Below, piece by piece: positions 18,277 to 27,717 of a stretch of 32,000 bases of DNA. Numbering within the stretch: position 1 is the stretch's first letter; the number at the start of each line of letters is the position of its first letter. The position numbers were made by a program, and so were the translations under genes. The notes beneath the pieces are model-generated. The model did no database searches. It was given only the letters and a program-made list of their open reading frames with translations, and was not told where the DNA came from. Source of the stretch: Synechococcus sp. A15-24 (GTDB lineage Bacteria; Cyanobacteriota; Cyanobacteriia; PCC-6307; Cyanobiaceae); assembly GCF_014280195.1 (NCBI RefSeq), contig NZ_CP047960.1, positions 1,890,001 to 1,922,000 of the forward strand, read 5' to 3'.

Positions 18277-19205
18277 TGTTGGCTGGACTGCTTCTCCTGA
18301 CCGGGGCTGCCGGCGCCACGGCACTGCTGATCTGGTTGCAGCGTGATCGCCGCTACCACTCGTCAGACAGCGTTGCCGCGGCCTACGACGCCTGGACCGA
18401 TGACCAACTGCTGGAACGGCTCTGGGGAGAGCATGTCCACCTGGGGCATTACGGAAACCCGCCAGGTTCTGTCGACTTCCGCCAGGCCAAGGAGGCTTTT
18501 GTGCACGAGCTGGTGCGCTGGAGCGAGCTCGACCAACTACCTCGAGGCAGTCGGGTGTTGGATGTGGGTTGCGGCATCGGCGGCAGTGCCCGGATCCTAG
18601 CCAGGGACTATGGCTTGGACGTGCTCGGGGTGAGCATCAGCCCAGCCCAGATCCGCCGCGCCACAGAACTCACCCCCGCAGGCCTCAGCTGTCGCTTTGA
18701 AGTGATGGATGCCCTCAACCTTCAACTTCCCGATCAGCAATTCGATGCGGTGTGGACGGTAGAGGCAGGACCCCATATGCCAGACAAGCAGCGTTTCGCT
18801 GACGAGTTGCTGCGGGTGCTCCGGCCCGGGGGCTGCTTAGCCGCCGCTGATTGGAACCGCCGCGACCCCAAGGATGGCGCCATGAACCGCATCGAACGCT
18901 GGGTGATGCGGCAGCTGTTGAATCAATGGGCGCATCCGGAATTCGCCAGCATCCCTGGCTTCCGGGCCAACCTTGAAGCCAGCCCTCACCAGAGGGGCCT
19001 GATCAGTACCGGCGACTGGACTGTGGCCACCCTTCCCTCCTGGTTTGATTCGATCGCCGAAGGCCTCCGTCGCCCCTGGGCTGTCCTGGGCCTTGGTCCC
19101 AAAGCAGTGGTTCAAGGCCTACGGGAGACTCCGACACTGCTGTTGATGCATTGGGCCTTTGCCACAGGGTTGATGCAGTTCGGCGTCTTTCGCCTCAGCC
19201 GCTGA
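18276..19205 (+). CDS. SAM-dependent methyltransferase, MPBQ/MSBQ (tocopherol/plastoquinone pathway, Sll0418-like) type
   Basis: N-terminal TM segment. SSDSVAAAYDAWTDDQLLERLWGEHVHLGHYG, SAM motif VLDVGCGIGGSARILA, and EAGPHMPDK. From memory this closely resembles Synechocystis Sll0418. The ATG overlaps the upstream stop (TGATG). Confidence 0.7.
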   Translation: MLAGLLLLTGAAGATALLIWLQRDRRYHSSDSVAAAYDAWTDDQLLERLWGEHVHLGHYGNPPGSVDFRQAKEAFVHELVRWSELDQLPRGSRVLDVGCGIGGSARILARDYGLDVLGVSISPAQIRRATELTPAGLSCRFEVMDALNLQLPDQQFDAVWTVEAGPHMPDKQRFADELLRVLRPGGCLAAADWNRRDPKDGAMNRIERWVMRQLLNQWAHPEFASIPGFRANLEASPHQRGLISTGDWTVATLPSWFDSIAEGLRRPWAVLGLGPKAVVQGLRETPTLLLMHWAFATGLMQFGVFRLSR

Positions 19206-20037
19206 ACAGTTCACTGCTGGGGTAAGCCCCAAAGTGCGCCAGGTGCTCACAGAGCGGTGTCAGTGCTGCCACCAGGGTGCTCAGCGCCTCTGGCTGCTGC
19301 GCCGGCAATTCCACATCCACGAAAAAGACGTACTCCCCCAACTCGCGTTTGGAAGGCCGCGATTCAATCCGGCTCATGTTCAACCCCTGTTCCGCCAGGC
19401 TGGCCAGGGCTTCCAGCAGGGCACCTGGTGCATTGCGGTGCAGTGAGAACGCCAGGCTGGCCACATCCCCCTCCAGGCGCCGTTCCCCACGGTGCAACAG
19501 CAGAAAACGGGTGCGGTTGCCTGCCAAATCATTCACCGGGTAAGCCAGTTCCTCCAGTCCATGCTCTTGGCCGGCCTTGCGGGAGGCGATCGCCGCTCGG
19601 AAGCGGCTGCCCGCCACCATTCGCGCCGCCTCAGCGGTGGACGACGTGGGCAGTTGCAGCGCCTGAGGCAACTGAGCGGCCAGCCAGCCGGAACACTGCG
19701 CCAGGGCCTGAGGGTGAGACAACACTTCGGTGACGTCCTGCAACGATCCACTGCCCAGCAGGGCATGGCGGATCGGCAGCACCAGAGCGCGGCGGATGCC
19801 GAGGTCGGAATGGGCCCAGAGCGCATCGAGCGTGGCCGTGACACCACCCTCCACGGAGTTCTCCACAGGGACCACCGCCGCATCAGACCCTGCCTGGGCC
19901 AGGCACTCCACCACGGCCCGCAGTCCCGCACAGGGCAGAAAGCTCACCTCCGTCAGCCCTTCCAACTCGGCCAGAGCGCGGCTGGCCTGCTCGCCGTAAG
20001 TCCCTGCTGGGCCGAGGTAGGCGATGCGGGTGGGCAT
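19195..20037 (-). CDS. pheA: Prephenate dehydratase
   Basis: MPTRIAYLGPAGTYGEQA...NRTRFLLL...ESRPSK, with an ACT domain. I prefer ATG 20037 to the upstream GTG 20055 in the ORF track. Confidence 0.9.
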   Translation of the reverse strand: MPTRIAYLGPAGTYGEQASRALAELEGLTEVSFLPCAGLRAVVECLAQAGSDAAVVPVENSVEGGVTATLDALWAHSDLGIRRALVLPIRHALLGSGSLQDVTEVLSHPQALAQCSGWLAAQLPQALQLPTSSTAEAARMVAGSRFRAAIASRKAGQEHGLEELAYPVNDLAGNRTRFLLLHRGERRLEGDVASLAFSLHRNAPGALLEALASLAEQGLNMSRIESRPSKRELGEYVFFVDVELPAQQPEALSTLVAALTPLCEHLAHFGAYPSSELFSG

Positions 20038-20087
20038 CGGAGGCGGGGACAACACTGGATAGGATCATGCCCTGTCGGGAGATGGTC

Positions 20088-20654
20088 ATGCCCCTGGCCT
20101 TCTGTGCCAGCCAGCGCCTCGATCTACCCGTGAACCGCCAGACCGAGCGGCTGCCGGACTATCTCCAGCAGGAGGACAGGGTGATTGCATCCCTGCTGGA
20201 TCCACGTCAGTTGACCCGTTTAGCTCCGGGCACCTATCGATACACCGTCACTACGATTCAGGTGTTTCAACTGCAAGTGAAGCCCGTCGTCTCCCTGGAG
20301 ATCGAGACCGTCGACGGCGCCATGCACATGCGCGCCCTCGACTGTGAATTGGAGGGCCTTGGAATCGTGGATGACTTCAACCTCACCCTCGAGGCCAGCC
20401 TGAGCTGCAACAGCAAGGGCCTCAGTGGTGATGCCCGGCTTGAGGTTCAGGTCAGTCAGCCTCCGCTGTTGCGACTGATTCCCCGCCGCGTTCTGGAAAG
20501 TACCGGGGAGTCGATTCTTGGCGGCATTTTGCTGGGCATCAAGACGCGCGTGGGCCAGCAGTTGATCGCAGACTTCAAGCGTTGGTGCCGCGAGAGCCCC
20601 ACCCTGGTGTCACCCCAGCAGGCGTCGGAGAAAACTGCGGCGATGCAGAGCTGA
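20088..20654 (+). CDS. DUF1997-family protein
   Basis: [15 protein letters not shown]...[33 protein letters not shown] matches my recollection of cyanobacterial DUF1997 proteins. In-frame ATGs at 20067 and 20082 are alternative starts. Confidence 0.6.
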   Translation: MPLAFCASQRLDLPVNRQTERLPDYLQQEDRVIASLLDPRQLTRLAPGTYRYTVTTIQVFQLQVKPVVSLEIETVDGAMHMRALDCELEGLGIVDDFNLTLEASLSCNSKGLSGDARLEVQVSQPPLLRLIPRRVLESTGESILGGILLGIKTRVGQQLIADFKRWCRESPTLVSPQQASEKTAAMQS

Positions 20655-21284
20655 CGGTCCGAGATCGAGCAGGGCTGCACGGTGCAGGGCCGTGCCATAA
20701 CCGGCATGGCGTTCCAGGCCATAGCCCGGGAACCGCCGCGACAGACGCTGGATCAATGCATCCCGGCACTGCTTGGCAATCACGCTGGCAGCAGCGATCG
20801 CCAATGCCTGTTGGTCGCCGGCCACGATGCTGCGCTGTTGTCCCATCCAGGGGCGCAGAGGCAGATTGCCATCCACCAACACCAGATTCGGCCGATTCGG
20901 TAGCCGCTGCAGCGCCCTCAGCATGGCCAACTCGGTGGCAGGACGGATCCCCAGGCGGTCGATCTCTCGGGCTGAAGCCTGGCCCAGCCCCCAGGCTTCG
21001 GCCTCCTGTTCAATCAACGGCACCATCTCCCCCCGCCGGCGTGCAGATAACCGTTTGCTGTCTGTGAGTCCCTCCTTCTGAAGACGGCTGGCGTTGGCAG
21101 CCTCCAATACAACAGCCCCAGCAAAGACGGGGCCAAACAGGCAGCCCCGTCCCACTTCATCCACCCCGGCGACACCGCGATGGCAGGGGATGGAATCAGT
21201 CAGGGGAGGCTGAAGCCGAAGACCGACGCCGGCGACGGCGGGGTTCTTCGGCTTCCGTTTCTTCAGCGGTGGCTTGAGACCCAT
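20610..21284 (-). CDS. rnhB: Ribonuclease HII
   Basis: [24 protein letters not shown] catalytic motif, then ...DSKRLS...VDG.... Start is uncertain. ATG 21284 overlaps the rne 3' end by 89 nt. The next canonical start, GTG 21164, would truncate the conserved N-terminus. Confidence 0.85.
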   Translation of the reverse strand: MGLKPPLKKRKPKNPAVAGVGLRLQPPLTDSIPCHRGVAGVDEVGRGCLFGPVFAGAVVLEAANASRLQKEGLTDSKRLSARRRGEMVPLIEQEAEAWGLGQASAREIDRLGIRPATELAMLRALQRLPNRPNLVLVDGNLPLRPWMGQQRSIVAGDQQALAIAAASVIAKQCRDALIQRLSRRFPGYGLERHAGYGTALHRAALLDLGPSALHRRSFLRRLLG

Positions 21285-23148
21285 CAACGACGACAGCCGG
21301 AGTTGGCTCAGGCAATGGCGGCACCTCATCCAGCACCACAGGCTGAACGGCCTCGAGTGGTGTGATCTCCACCATCAACGGCTGCTCTTCAACCTCGGGT
21401 GGGTCCGCCACAACCACCGCAGACGCATCGAGCGGAGCTGGCGATGAAGCGCCGCCGTTGCCTCGGGAGTAGCCACGGCCACCGCGTCCACCACGCCGGC
21501 GGCGGCGGCCAGCGGTGGCAGCCAACTGCTGGCGAGCCTGCTCGAGCACGGCTTCAGCGTCTTCTCCGGGCCGGACCACCCGCACCATCACATTCTCGGA
21601 TTCAGGCGGCTCATCCAGCAACAGAATCGGGTTGAGGCCAAGGGTTCCGTACACCTCCTCCTGCTCCGGTGTCATGGGCACCGCCACCAACTCAGGATCC
21701 TGGCGGCGGGCAAGGGCCGGTTCCTGCGCCTCCTCCGTGGAGACCTCTGGAGCCTCGGTTTCATCGGTGTCGCTCAGCACAGGCAGGTTGTCCTGGGCAG
21801 CACGACCTCGACCGCCGCGACGCCGTCGCCCATTGCCGGAGGTCTCGGCAGGAGGGGCCACTTCAGCGCGGGCCGATGCTGCCGAGCGCACCAGACCGGT
21901 CGCCGTCGCCAGAGGCTGCAGCAGATCCTTGCCGGGCAAGACCGCCACGTGCCCAAGACCGCCGCAGCTGGGGCAGGCACGACCGAAGAGCTCGTAGATG
22001 TTCTGGCCCTGGCGCTTGCGGGTCAGTTCCACCAGACCAAGCTCGGTCAACTGGGCAATCTGCGGCCGCGCAGCGTCATCCCGAACCGCCGTGGTGAAGT
22101 GCTCCAGCAGCTGCAGCTGATCCCGGCGGGAATCCATATCGATGAAATCGATGATGATCACGCCGCCGATGTTGCGCAGCTTCAGCTGGCGGGCGATCTC
22201 GATGGCCGCCTCACAATTGGTCCACAGCACGGTCTCCCGTGCATTGGCAGACCGGGTGAAGGAGCCTGAGTTCACGTCAATGACGGTGAGAGCCTCCGTC
22301 GGTTCGATGATCACGTACCCGCCGGAAGGCAGGTCGACCCGAGGCTTCAGGGCGTCACGGATGGCGGCGTTGACCTTGAAGTGCTCCAACAGCTCGCTTG
22401 GCTCGCTGTGGGCCTCCACCAACACCTTGTCCGCCTCGGCGCCGAGAAAACTGCTGACGCGGGCGACGGCGGCAGGCTCATCCACCACCACCCGAACCAG
22501 GTCGGGGCTGGTGTGATCCCGCAGGATCCTGTTGATGAAATCCTCGTCCCGATTGAGCAGCACCGGAGGAGCTGCAGTCTCGGCAGCCTGTTGGATCGCT
22601 TCCCACTGCCGCAGGAGGGATTCGAGGTCATCAATCAGCTGATCTTCAGCAATGCCATCGGCCTCGGTGCGGATCAGCAGCCCTGCTCCAGGCGGCTTGA
22701 TCAGCACACCAAGAGCCCGCAGGCGATTGCGTTCCGCCTCAGAGCTGATCCGGCGCGAGATATTCACCCCCTGACCATGGGGCTGCAACACCAGGTAGCG
22801 CCCGGGGAGCGCCAGATTGCCGGTGAGTCGCGGCCCCTTGGTGCCGGTTGGCTCCTTCATCACCTGCACCAACACCTTCTGGCGCGGTTCCAGCAATTCG
22901 GTGATGCCGGCAGACCCTTTCTTCAGGCGCAGTGGGCCCAGATCCGTGACGTGGATGAACCCATTTTTTTCGCTTTCACCAATGTTGACGAAAGCTGCAT
23001 CAATGCCGGGAAGAACATTCTCAACGGTGCCGAGGTAGACGTCACCGATTTGGTAACGACCCTGGGCAACGATCAGTTCGTCAACCCGTTCATCGGTGAG
23101 CACAGCCGCGATGCGCAGCTGCTCCGCGATGACAATTTGCTGGGGCAT
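21196..23148 (-). CDS. rne: Ribonuclease E
   Basis: [17 protein letters not shown]..., S1 domain [23 protein letters not shown], Zn-link CPSCGGLGH. The C-terminal half is disordered and P/E/R-rich and ends in [17 protein letters not shown] 23148 is preferred over the in-frame upstream ATG 23187. Confidence 0.93.
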   Translation of the reverse strand: MPQQIVIAEQLRIAAVLTDERVDELIVAQGRYQIGDVYLGTVENVLPGIDAAFVNIGESEKNGFIHVTDLGPLRLKKGSAGITELLEPRQKVLVQVMKEPTGTKGPRLTGNLALPGRYLVLQPHGQGVNISRRISSEAERNRLRALGVLIKPPGAGLLIRTEADGIAEDQLIDDLESLLRQWEAIQQAAETAAPPVLLNRDEDFINRILRDHTSPDLVRVVVDEPAAVARVSSFLGAEADKVLVEAHSEPSELLEHFKVNAAIRDALKPRVDLPSGGYVIIEPTEALTVIDVNSGSFTRSANARETVLWTNCEAAIEIARQLKLRNIGGVIIIDFIDMDSRRDQLQLLEHFTTAVRDDAARPQIAQLTELGLVELTRKRQGQNIYELFGRACPSCGGLGHVAVLPGKDLLQPLATATGLVRSAASARAEVAPPAETSGNGRRRRGGRGRAAQDNLPVLSDTDETEAPEVSTEEAQEPALARRQDPELVAVPMTPEQEEVYGTLGLNPILLLDEPPESENVMVRVVRPGEDAEAVLEQARQQLAATAGRRRRRGGRGGRGYSRGNGGASSPAPLDASAVVVADPPEVEEQPLMVEITPLEAVQPVVLDEVPPLPEPTPAVVVDGSQATAEETEAEEPRRRRRRSSASASPD

Positions 23149-23397
23149 AAATGGACGTGGCGAGCCCACGCGAGGCTCAAATCCCATCAGTCGGCATCCG
23201 CCGCACTGCAGGGGTGGTTAGGGATGGATGGGCCAATGAGGCCGGAAATGTTGCGGAGTCGAAACTCCTCTGGAACGAGCTCGAGGGAGTTTGGTTCTGT
23301 GCGGACCTTCGATCGAGCGATGGACCTCGATATCCGAATTCGGATCAGGCAAGACCGGAACAGGACGTGACAGAAATGCCACCTGTTCTTAGTGAAA
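23149..23397 (-). promoter_or_regulatory. Long structured leader / intergenic region upstream of rne
   Basis: 249 nt with no credible ORF. It contains a perfect palindrome, ATCCGAATTCGGAT (about 23331-23344), and an imperfect inverted repeat, AAACTCCTC...GAGGGAGTTT (about 23262-23293). Long regulatory 5' UTRs are known for rne genes. Confidence 0.35.
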
Positions 23398-26052
23398 TTA
23401 GCACTCAGCCAACTGCAACTCGTCTCGACGCAGATTGTGCAAATGCAGCGGCGCACCAAGCTGAGCCTCAATCCAATGCTGGATTTGAGACGGACGGATG
23501 CTGCGGCCCATCGGATCCACCGTGGCCTCGAGCCGCAACCGCACCCGCTGGCCATCCGCAGGGCCAACCAGCACCAACTGGCGCAGGGCTGGTCGGCAGT
23601 CCCGCTCCCGGGGGCGACCCTTTTTGTCCGTGTCGTGCCAGATCAATTGCTCAGCAGCCATAAGTCCCTCAACGGCCTCCAACCAGCGGGGATGGGCCTC
23701 CTGCTCCAGCTGAAGGTCGAAACTCCAAACGGCACCGGTGATGTTCTGAGAGAGGCTCTTGCCATTCACCGGCACCTCGTCCGCTGAAAGCAAAGCCATG
23801 CCGTCGGGCAGAAGCGCCTGCAGTGTCTTCAGCAACTGATCACCCGCAATGGGGCTGGTGAACTCCAGATCCATCCACTCGCAATCTGCTTCCGCACCCA
23901 GCGGCAGCGCCAGGGCGATCTGAATCCGCGGCAACGGATGAAATCCACCGGTGAAGCTGATCGGCAGGGGACTGCGGCGCAGGGCCCGCTCCAGCATCCG
24001 CATCAAGTCGAGATGACTGAGCAGAGCCATGGACCCTGTCTTGGCAAAACGGATCCGCAACCGGCAGACCCGCTCACTGGCGGGCGCCTGGCTTGGCAAC
24101 TGCGTTGGCACCACAGGGGGCGGCACCACCACGTTGTGGCCAAGGTCCGGTCCACAAACGCCACAGCTGCTGCAACCGTCAAAGGAGCAATCCGGCACCA
24201 CCGCCGCCGCCAGAGCCCGCTTCAGATCCTCCGCCAACCAACCTTTGTTGATGCCGGTGTCGATGTGATCCCAGGGCAACGGTTGAGCGCAGAAGCTGTC
24301 GAGGTCCTGCCGATCCAGGGCCGTCACCGCACTCCAACCACCCACCTCCATCTGGCGATAACGCCCCTCAAGGCCTGCTGCAGCGATGGCACCGGTCCAG
24401 GCGGCATAGGTGCGATCGAGGGATTCAAACCAGGCATCCATCCCCGCACCCGCACGCCAGGCGGCCTCGATCACCGGGGCCACGCGTCGATCGCTGCGAC
24501 CCACAAAATCCTCCATCGCCGACAGCCGCACGTCGGTGAAATTCACCTTCAGCCCGCGCAAGCGTTTGAAAGCCCCACGCAGTAAGTCCTGACGCCTCAG
24601 GAATTCGTCCGTCGAAACGCTGTGCCACTGAAACGGCGTATGGGGCTTGGGCGTGAAATTGCTGATGGTGATGTTGAGGTTCAGCCGGCCCAGATCACGG
24701 CAGCGCTGCTGAAGCATCACGCAGGTGTCCGCGATGCCGAGAACATCGGCATCCGTCTCACCCGGCAGGCCGATCATGAAATACAGCTTCACCTTGCGGT
24801 AGCCGTTCTCCATGGCGGTGCGGATGCCATGGAGCAGATCGTCGTCGGTCAGACCCTTGTTAACGATGTCGCGGAGACGCTGGGTGCCGGCTTCAGGCGC
24901 GAAGGTGAGTCCGGCCTGGCGGGTTCCACCAAGGATGTGAGCGATGTCGTCGTCAAACCGGTCCACCCGCTGACTGGGCAGCTGCAAGGTCACGTTCTGA
25001 TCCGCCAGACGGTTGCGCAGCTCCACCCCCACCGCCGGCAGAGCCAGGTAATCGCTGCAGCTGAGCGACAGCAGCGAGAAGTCGCTGTAGCCCGTCTGTT
25101 TCATGCCGTTCTCCACGGCTTCGATCACCGCTTCAGGCTCCACATCCCGTGCCGGTCTGGTGAGCATCCCGGGCTGACAGAAGCGGCAACCGCGGGTGCA
25201 ACCGCGACGAATCTCCACGGTGAGCCGATCGTGCACCGTCTCCACATGCGGCACCAGGCCCATGGCGTAGTGGGGCATCGGGGTCGCCACCCGACGCAGC
25301 ACCCGCCGGGGGAGGTCCGGATACAGCGGCTGCAGGGTGACGCCGTCGTCGCCCGTCGCGTAGAGCGACGGCACGTAAACCCCTGGCACCTGAGCCAGAT
25401 CCCGCAGCAGTTGAGACCGGGTCAGGGCATCGGCCTTGGCCTGAGCCACCACCAGCCCGATCTCGGGCAGCAGTTCCTCACCATCCCCCAGGGCGATGAA
25501 ATCGAAGAACGGGGCATAGGGCTCGGGATTGCTCGTGGCCGTGGGGCCTCCGGCAAAGATCAACGGAGGTGCAGCTGGATCATTGAGAGGCAGATCACCG
25601 CGATCCGACGCCCGTAACGGCACCCTGCACAGATCCAGCATCTCGAGGATGTTGGTGGCGCCCAGTTCGTAACTCAGGCTGAAGCCGAGGATGTCAAACG
25701 CAGGCAACGGTCTCCGGCTTTCAACACCGAACAGGACCTGCTCCTGCTCCCGCAGACGGGCCGCCAGATCAGCTGCTGGCAGATAGGCCCGATCACAGAG
25801 CTGACCGGGAACCGCATTGAGGATGGAATAGAGAATGATGTGGCCAAGATTGCTGGAGCCCACCTCGTAGATCTCGGGATAGGTGAGTGCCCAACGCACC
25901 AGAGCCGCCTGCCAATCCCGCGGCTCCACACCAAGCTCGTGGCCCATGTAGCGGGCAGGCTTGTTGATACTGCTGTCAACCAGCTGGTGAAAATAAACCG
26001 GGTGATCCGGGGCAGACACGACCACGACAGATGTCCTCACACCTGACTGCAT
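23398..26052 (-). CDS. Fused B12-binding radical SAM protein (TIGR03960-like) + radical-SAM-linked DUF2344 (TIGR03936-like) module, function unknown
   Basis: N-terminus ...FHQLVDSSINKPARYMGHELG. Radical SAM motif RRGCTRGCRFCQPG. C-terminal module RLRIRFAKTGSMALLSHLDLMRMLERALRRSPLPISFTGGFHPLPRIQIALALPLG. The ORF-track N-terminal extension to 26793 is antisense to dapL and is rejected. ATG 26052 (MQSGVRT...) is the most likely start, though nearby GTGs are possible. Confidence 0.85.
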   Translation of the reverse strand: MQSGVRTSVVVVSAPDHPVYFHQLVDSSINKPARYMGHELGVEPRDWQAALVRWALTYPEIYEVGSSNLGHIILYSILNAVPGQLCDRAYLPAADLAARLREQEQVLFGVESRRPLPAFDILGFSLSYELGATNILEMLDLCRVPLRASDRGDLPLNDPAAPPLIFAGGPTATSNPEPYAPFFDFIALGDGEELLPEIGLVVAQAKADALTRSQLLRDLAQVPGVYVPSLYATGDDGVTLQPLYPDLPRRVLRRVATPMPHYAMGLVPHVETVHDRLTVEIRRGCTRGCRFCQPGMLTRPARDVEPEAVIEAVENGMKQTGYSDFSLLSLSCSDYLALPAVGVELRNRLADQNVTLQLPSQRVDRFDDDIAHILGGTRQAGLTFAPEAGTQRLRDIVNKGLTDDDLLHGIRTAMENGYRKVKLYFMIGLPGETDADVLGIADTCVMLQQRCRDLGRLNLNITISNFTPKPHTPFQWHSVSTDEFLRRQDLLRGAFKRLRGLKVNFTDVRLSAMEDFVGRSDRRVAPVIEAAWRAGAGMDAWFESLDRTYAAWTGAIAAAGLEGRYRQMEVGGWSAVTALDRQDLDSFCAQPLPWDHIDTGINKGWLAEDLKRALAAAVVPDCSFDGCSSCGVCGPDLGHNVVVPPPVVPTQLPSQAPASERVCRLRIRFAKTGSMALLSHLDLMRMLERALRRSPLPISFTGGFHPLPRIQIALALPLGAEADCEWMDLEFTSPIAGDQLLKTLQALLPDGMALLSADEVPVNGKSLSQNITGAVWSFDLQLEQEAHPRWLEAVEGLMAAEQLIWHDTDKKGRPRERDCRPALRQLVLVGPADGQRVRLRLEATVDPMGRSIRPSQIQHWIEAQLGAPLHLHNLRRDELQLAEC

Positions 26053-26106
26053 CGTATGGAAGCGGTCGACAGGGCAGGATGACCCCGCAGAAACCCCTTC
26101 GGTTCC

Positions 26107-27333
26107 GTGGTGCAGGTCAACGGCAATTATCTCAAGCTCAAAGCGGGCTACCTGTTCCCGGAAATCGGCCGTCGGGTCAAAGCCTTCAGCGCCGCCAACC
26201 CTGACGCCGCACTGATCCGGCTGGGCATCGGCGATGTGACCGAACCGCTGCCGCTGGCCTGCCGCGAATCGATGAAAACCGCCATCGATGCGATGGGCAC
26301 GGCCGAGGGATTCCACGGTTATGGCCCCGAACAAGGCTATGGCTGGCTGCGGGAGGCCATTGCCAAGCACGACTTCCAGGCCCGCGGCTGCGACATCAGC
26401 GCCGAGGAGATATTCGTCTCCGACGGCTCCAAATGCGACAGCAGCAACATCCTCGACATCCTCGGAGAAGGCAACCGCATCGCCGTGACCGATCCGGTGT
26501 ATCCCGTGTATGTGGACACCAACGTGATGGCGGGCCGCACCGGTGAAGCGGGAGAGGAAGGCCGCTACGGGGGGCTGACCTATCTCCCGATCAGCGCCGA
26601 CAACGGATTCGCAGCCCAGATCCCAAGCGAGCCCGTGGATCTGATTTACCTCTGTTTCCCCAACAACCCCACCGGAGCAGTGGCTACCAAGGAACAGCTG
26701 AAAGCCTGGGTGGATTACGCCCGCAGCAACGGCTCTCTGATCCTGTTTGATGCCGCTTATGAGGCGTTCATCCAGGACCCGAGCCTGCCCCACTCGATTT
26801 TTGAAATCGAAGGAGCACGGGAGTGCGCGATCGAATTCCGCTCCTTTTCCAAAAACGCTGGCTTCACTGGCACCCGTTGCGCCTTCACCGTGGTCCCCAA
26901 GGGACTCAAGGGCACGGCAGCCAACGGCGAGGCTGTCGAACTTTGGGGTCTATGGAATCGCCGCCAGAGCACCAAGTTCAATGGCGTCAGCTACATCATT
27001 CAGCGCGGTGCGGAAGCGGTGTATTCCGATGCAGGCCAGGCGGAAGTGAAGGGTCTGGTGAACTTCTACATGGAGAACGCCGCCATCATTCGCCGCGAAC
27101 TCAGTGGAGCGGGTCTCACCATCTACGGGGGCGAGCATGCGCCTTATGTCTGGATCAAGACCCCCGATGGCATGGATTCCTGGGGTTTCTTTGACCACCT
27201 GTTGAACAAGGCCAACGTGGTGGGAACCCCTGGCAGTGGCTTCGGCGCCGCAGGTGAGGGCTACTTCCGACTGTCCGCCTTCAACAGCCGCGCCAACGTG
27301 GATGCTGCGATGGCCCGAATCAAGGCCCTCTGA
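26107..27333 (+). CDS. dapL: LL-diaminopimelate aminotransferase
   Basis: [24 protein letters not shown]..., PNNPTGA, and [14 protein letters not shown] (PLP lysine context). 408 aa, GTG start. Confidence 0.9.
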   Translation: MVQVNGNYLKLKAGYLFPEIGRRVKAFSAANPDAALIRLGIGDVTEPLPLACRESMKTAIDAMGTAEGFHGYGPEQGYGWLREAIAKHDFQARGCDISAEEIFVSDGSKCDSSNILDILGEGNRIAVTDPVYPVYVDTNVMAGRTGEAGEEGRYGGLTYLPISADNGFAAQIPSEPVDLIYLCFPNNPTGAVATKEQLKAWVDYARSNGSLILFDAAYEAFIQDPSLPHSIFEIEGARECAIEFRSFSKNAGFTGTRCAFTVVPKGLKGTAANGEAVELWGLWNRRQSTKFNGVSYIIQRGAEAVYSDAGQAEVKGLVNFYMENAAIIRRELSGAGLTIYGGEHAPYVWIKTPDGMDSWGFFDHLLNKANVVGTPGSGFGAAGEGYFRLSAFNSRANVDAAMARIKAL

Positions 27334-27379
27334 GCAGGTTGTGCACCGATTTCCTTTAGATTTGAATCAGCCGAACACC

Positions 27380-27700
27380 ATGGCCATGGCGGTGGACACA
27401 CCCACCCGTTCCCCCGGTGGGGCGGCGGTGATGGAAAAGGCACCCGAGCGGGTGCGGAAACAGTCGCCTCGCTACAAGGTGCTGCTGCATAACGACCCGG
27501 TGAACACCATGGAATACGTGGTGAGCACCTTGCGTCAGGTGGTGCCACAGCTGAGTGAACAGGACGCCATGGCCGTGATGATGGAAGCTCACAACACAGG
27601 CGTCGGCCTTGTGATCGTCTGTGACCTTGAGCCGGCCGAGTTCTATTGCGAAACCCTGAAAGCCAAGGGCCTTACCAGCACGATCGAGCCGGAAACCTGA
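27380..27700 (+). CDS. clpS: ATP-dependent Clp protease adaptor ClpS
   Basis: PRYKVLLHNDPVNTMEYVVSTLRQVVPQLSEQDAMAVMMEAHNTGVGLVIVCDLEPAEFYCETLKAKGL. The ATG at 27380 follows the dapL stop. The ORF-track start at 27236 lies inside dapL. Confidence 0.9.
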   Translation: MAMAVDTPTRSPGGAAVMEKAPERVRKQSPRYKVLLHNDPVNTMEYVVSTLRQVVPQLSEQDAMAVMMEAHNTGVGLVIVCDLEPAEFYCETLKAKGLTSTIEPET

Positions 27701-27717
27701 TCAGATCCCTGCTCAGG

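Noticed and set aside
22381-23370. 329-aa plus-strand ORF, together with other plus-strand ORFs over 21399-23663
   Set aside because: They are antisense to rne or run through its leader. No protein-like features.
24622-25617. 331-aa plus-strand ORF
   Set aside because: It is antisense to the radical SAM/DUF2344 gene.
26053-26793. N-terminal 247 codons of the 1131-aa minus-strand ORF (23398..26793)
   Set aside because: This part is antisense to the well-supported dapL gene and has G/A/V/H-rich composition typical of antisense frames in high-GC DNA. The recognisable radical SAM protein begins near ATG 26052.
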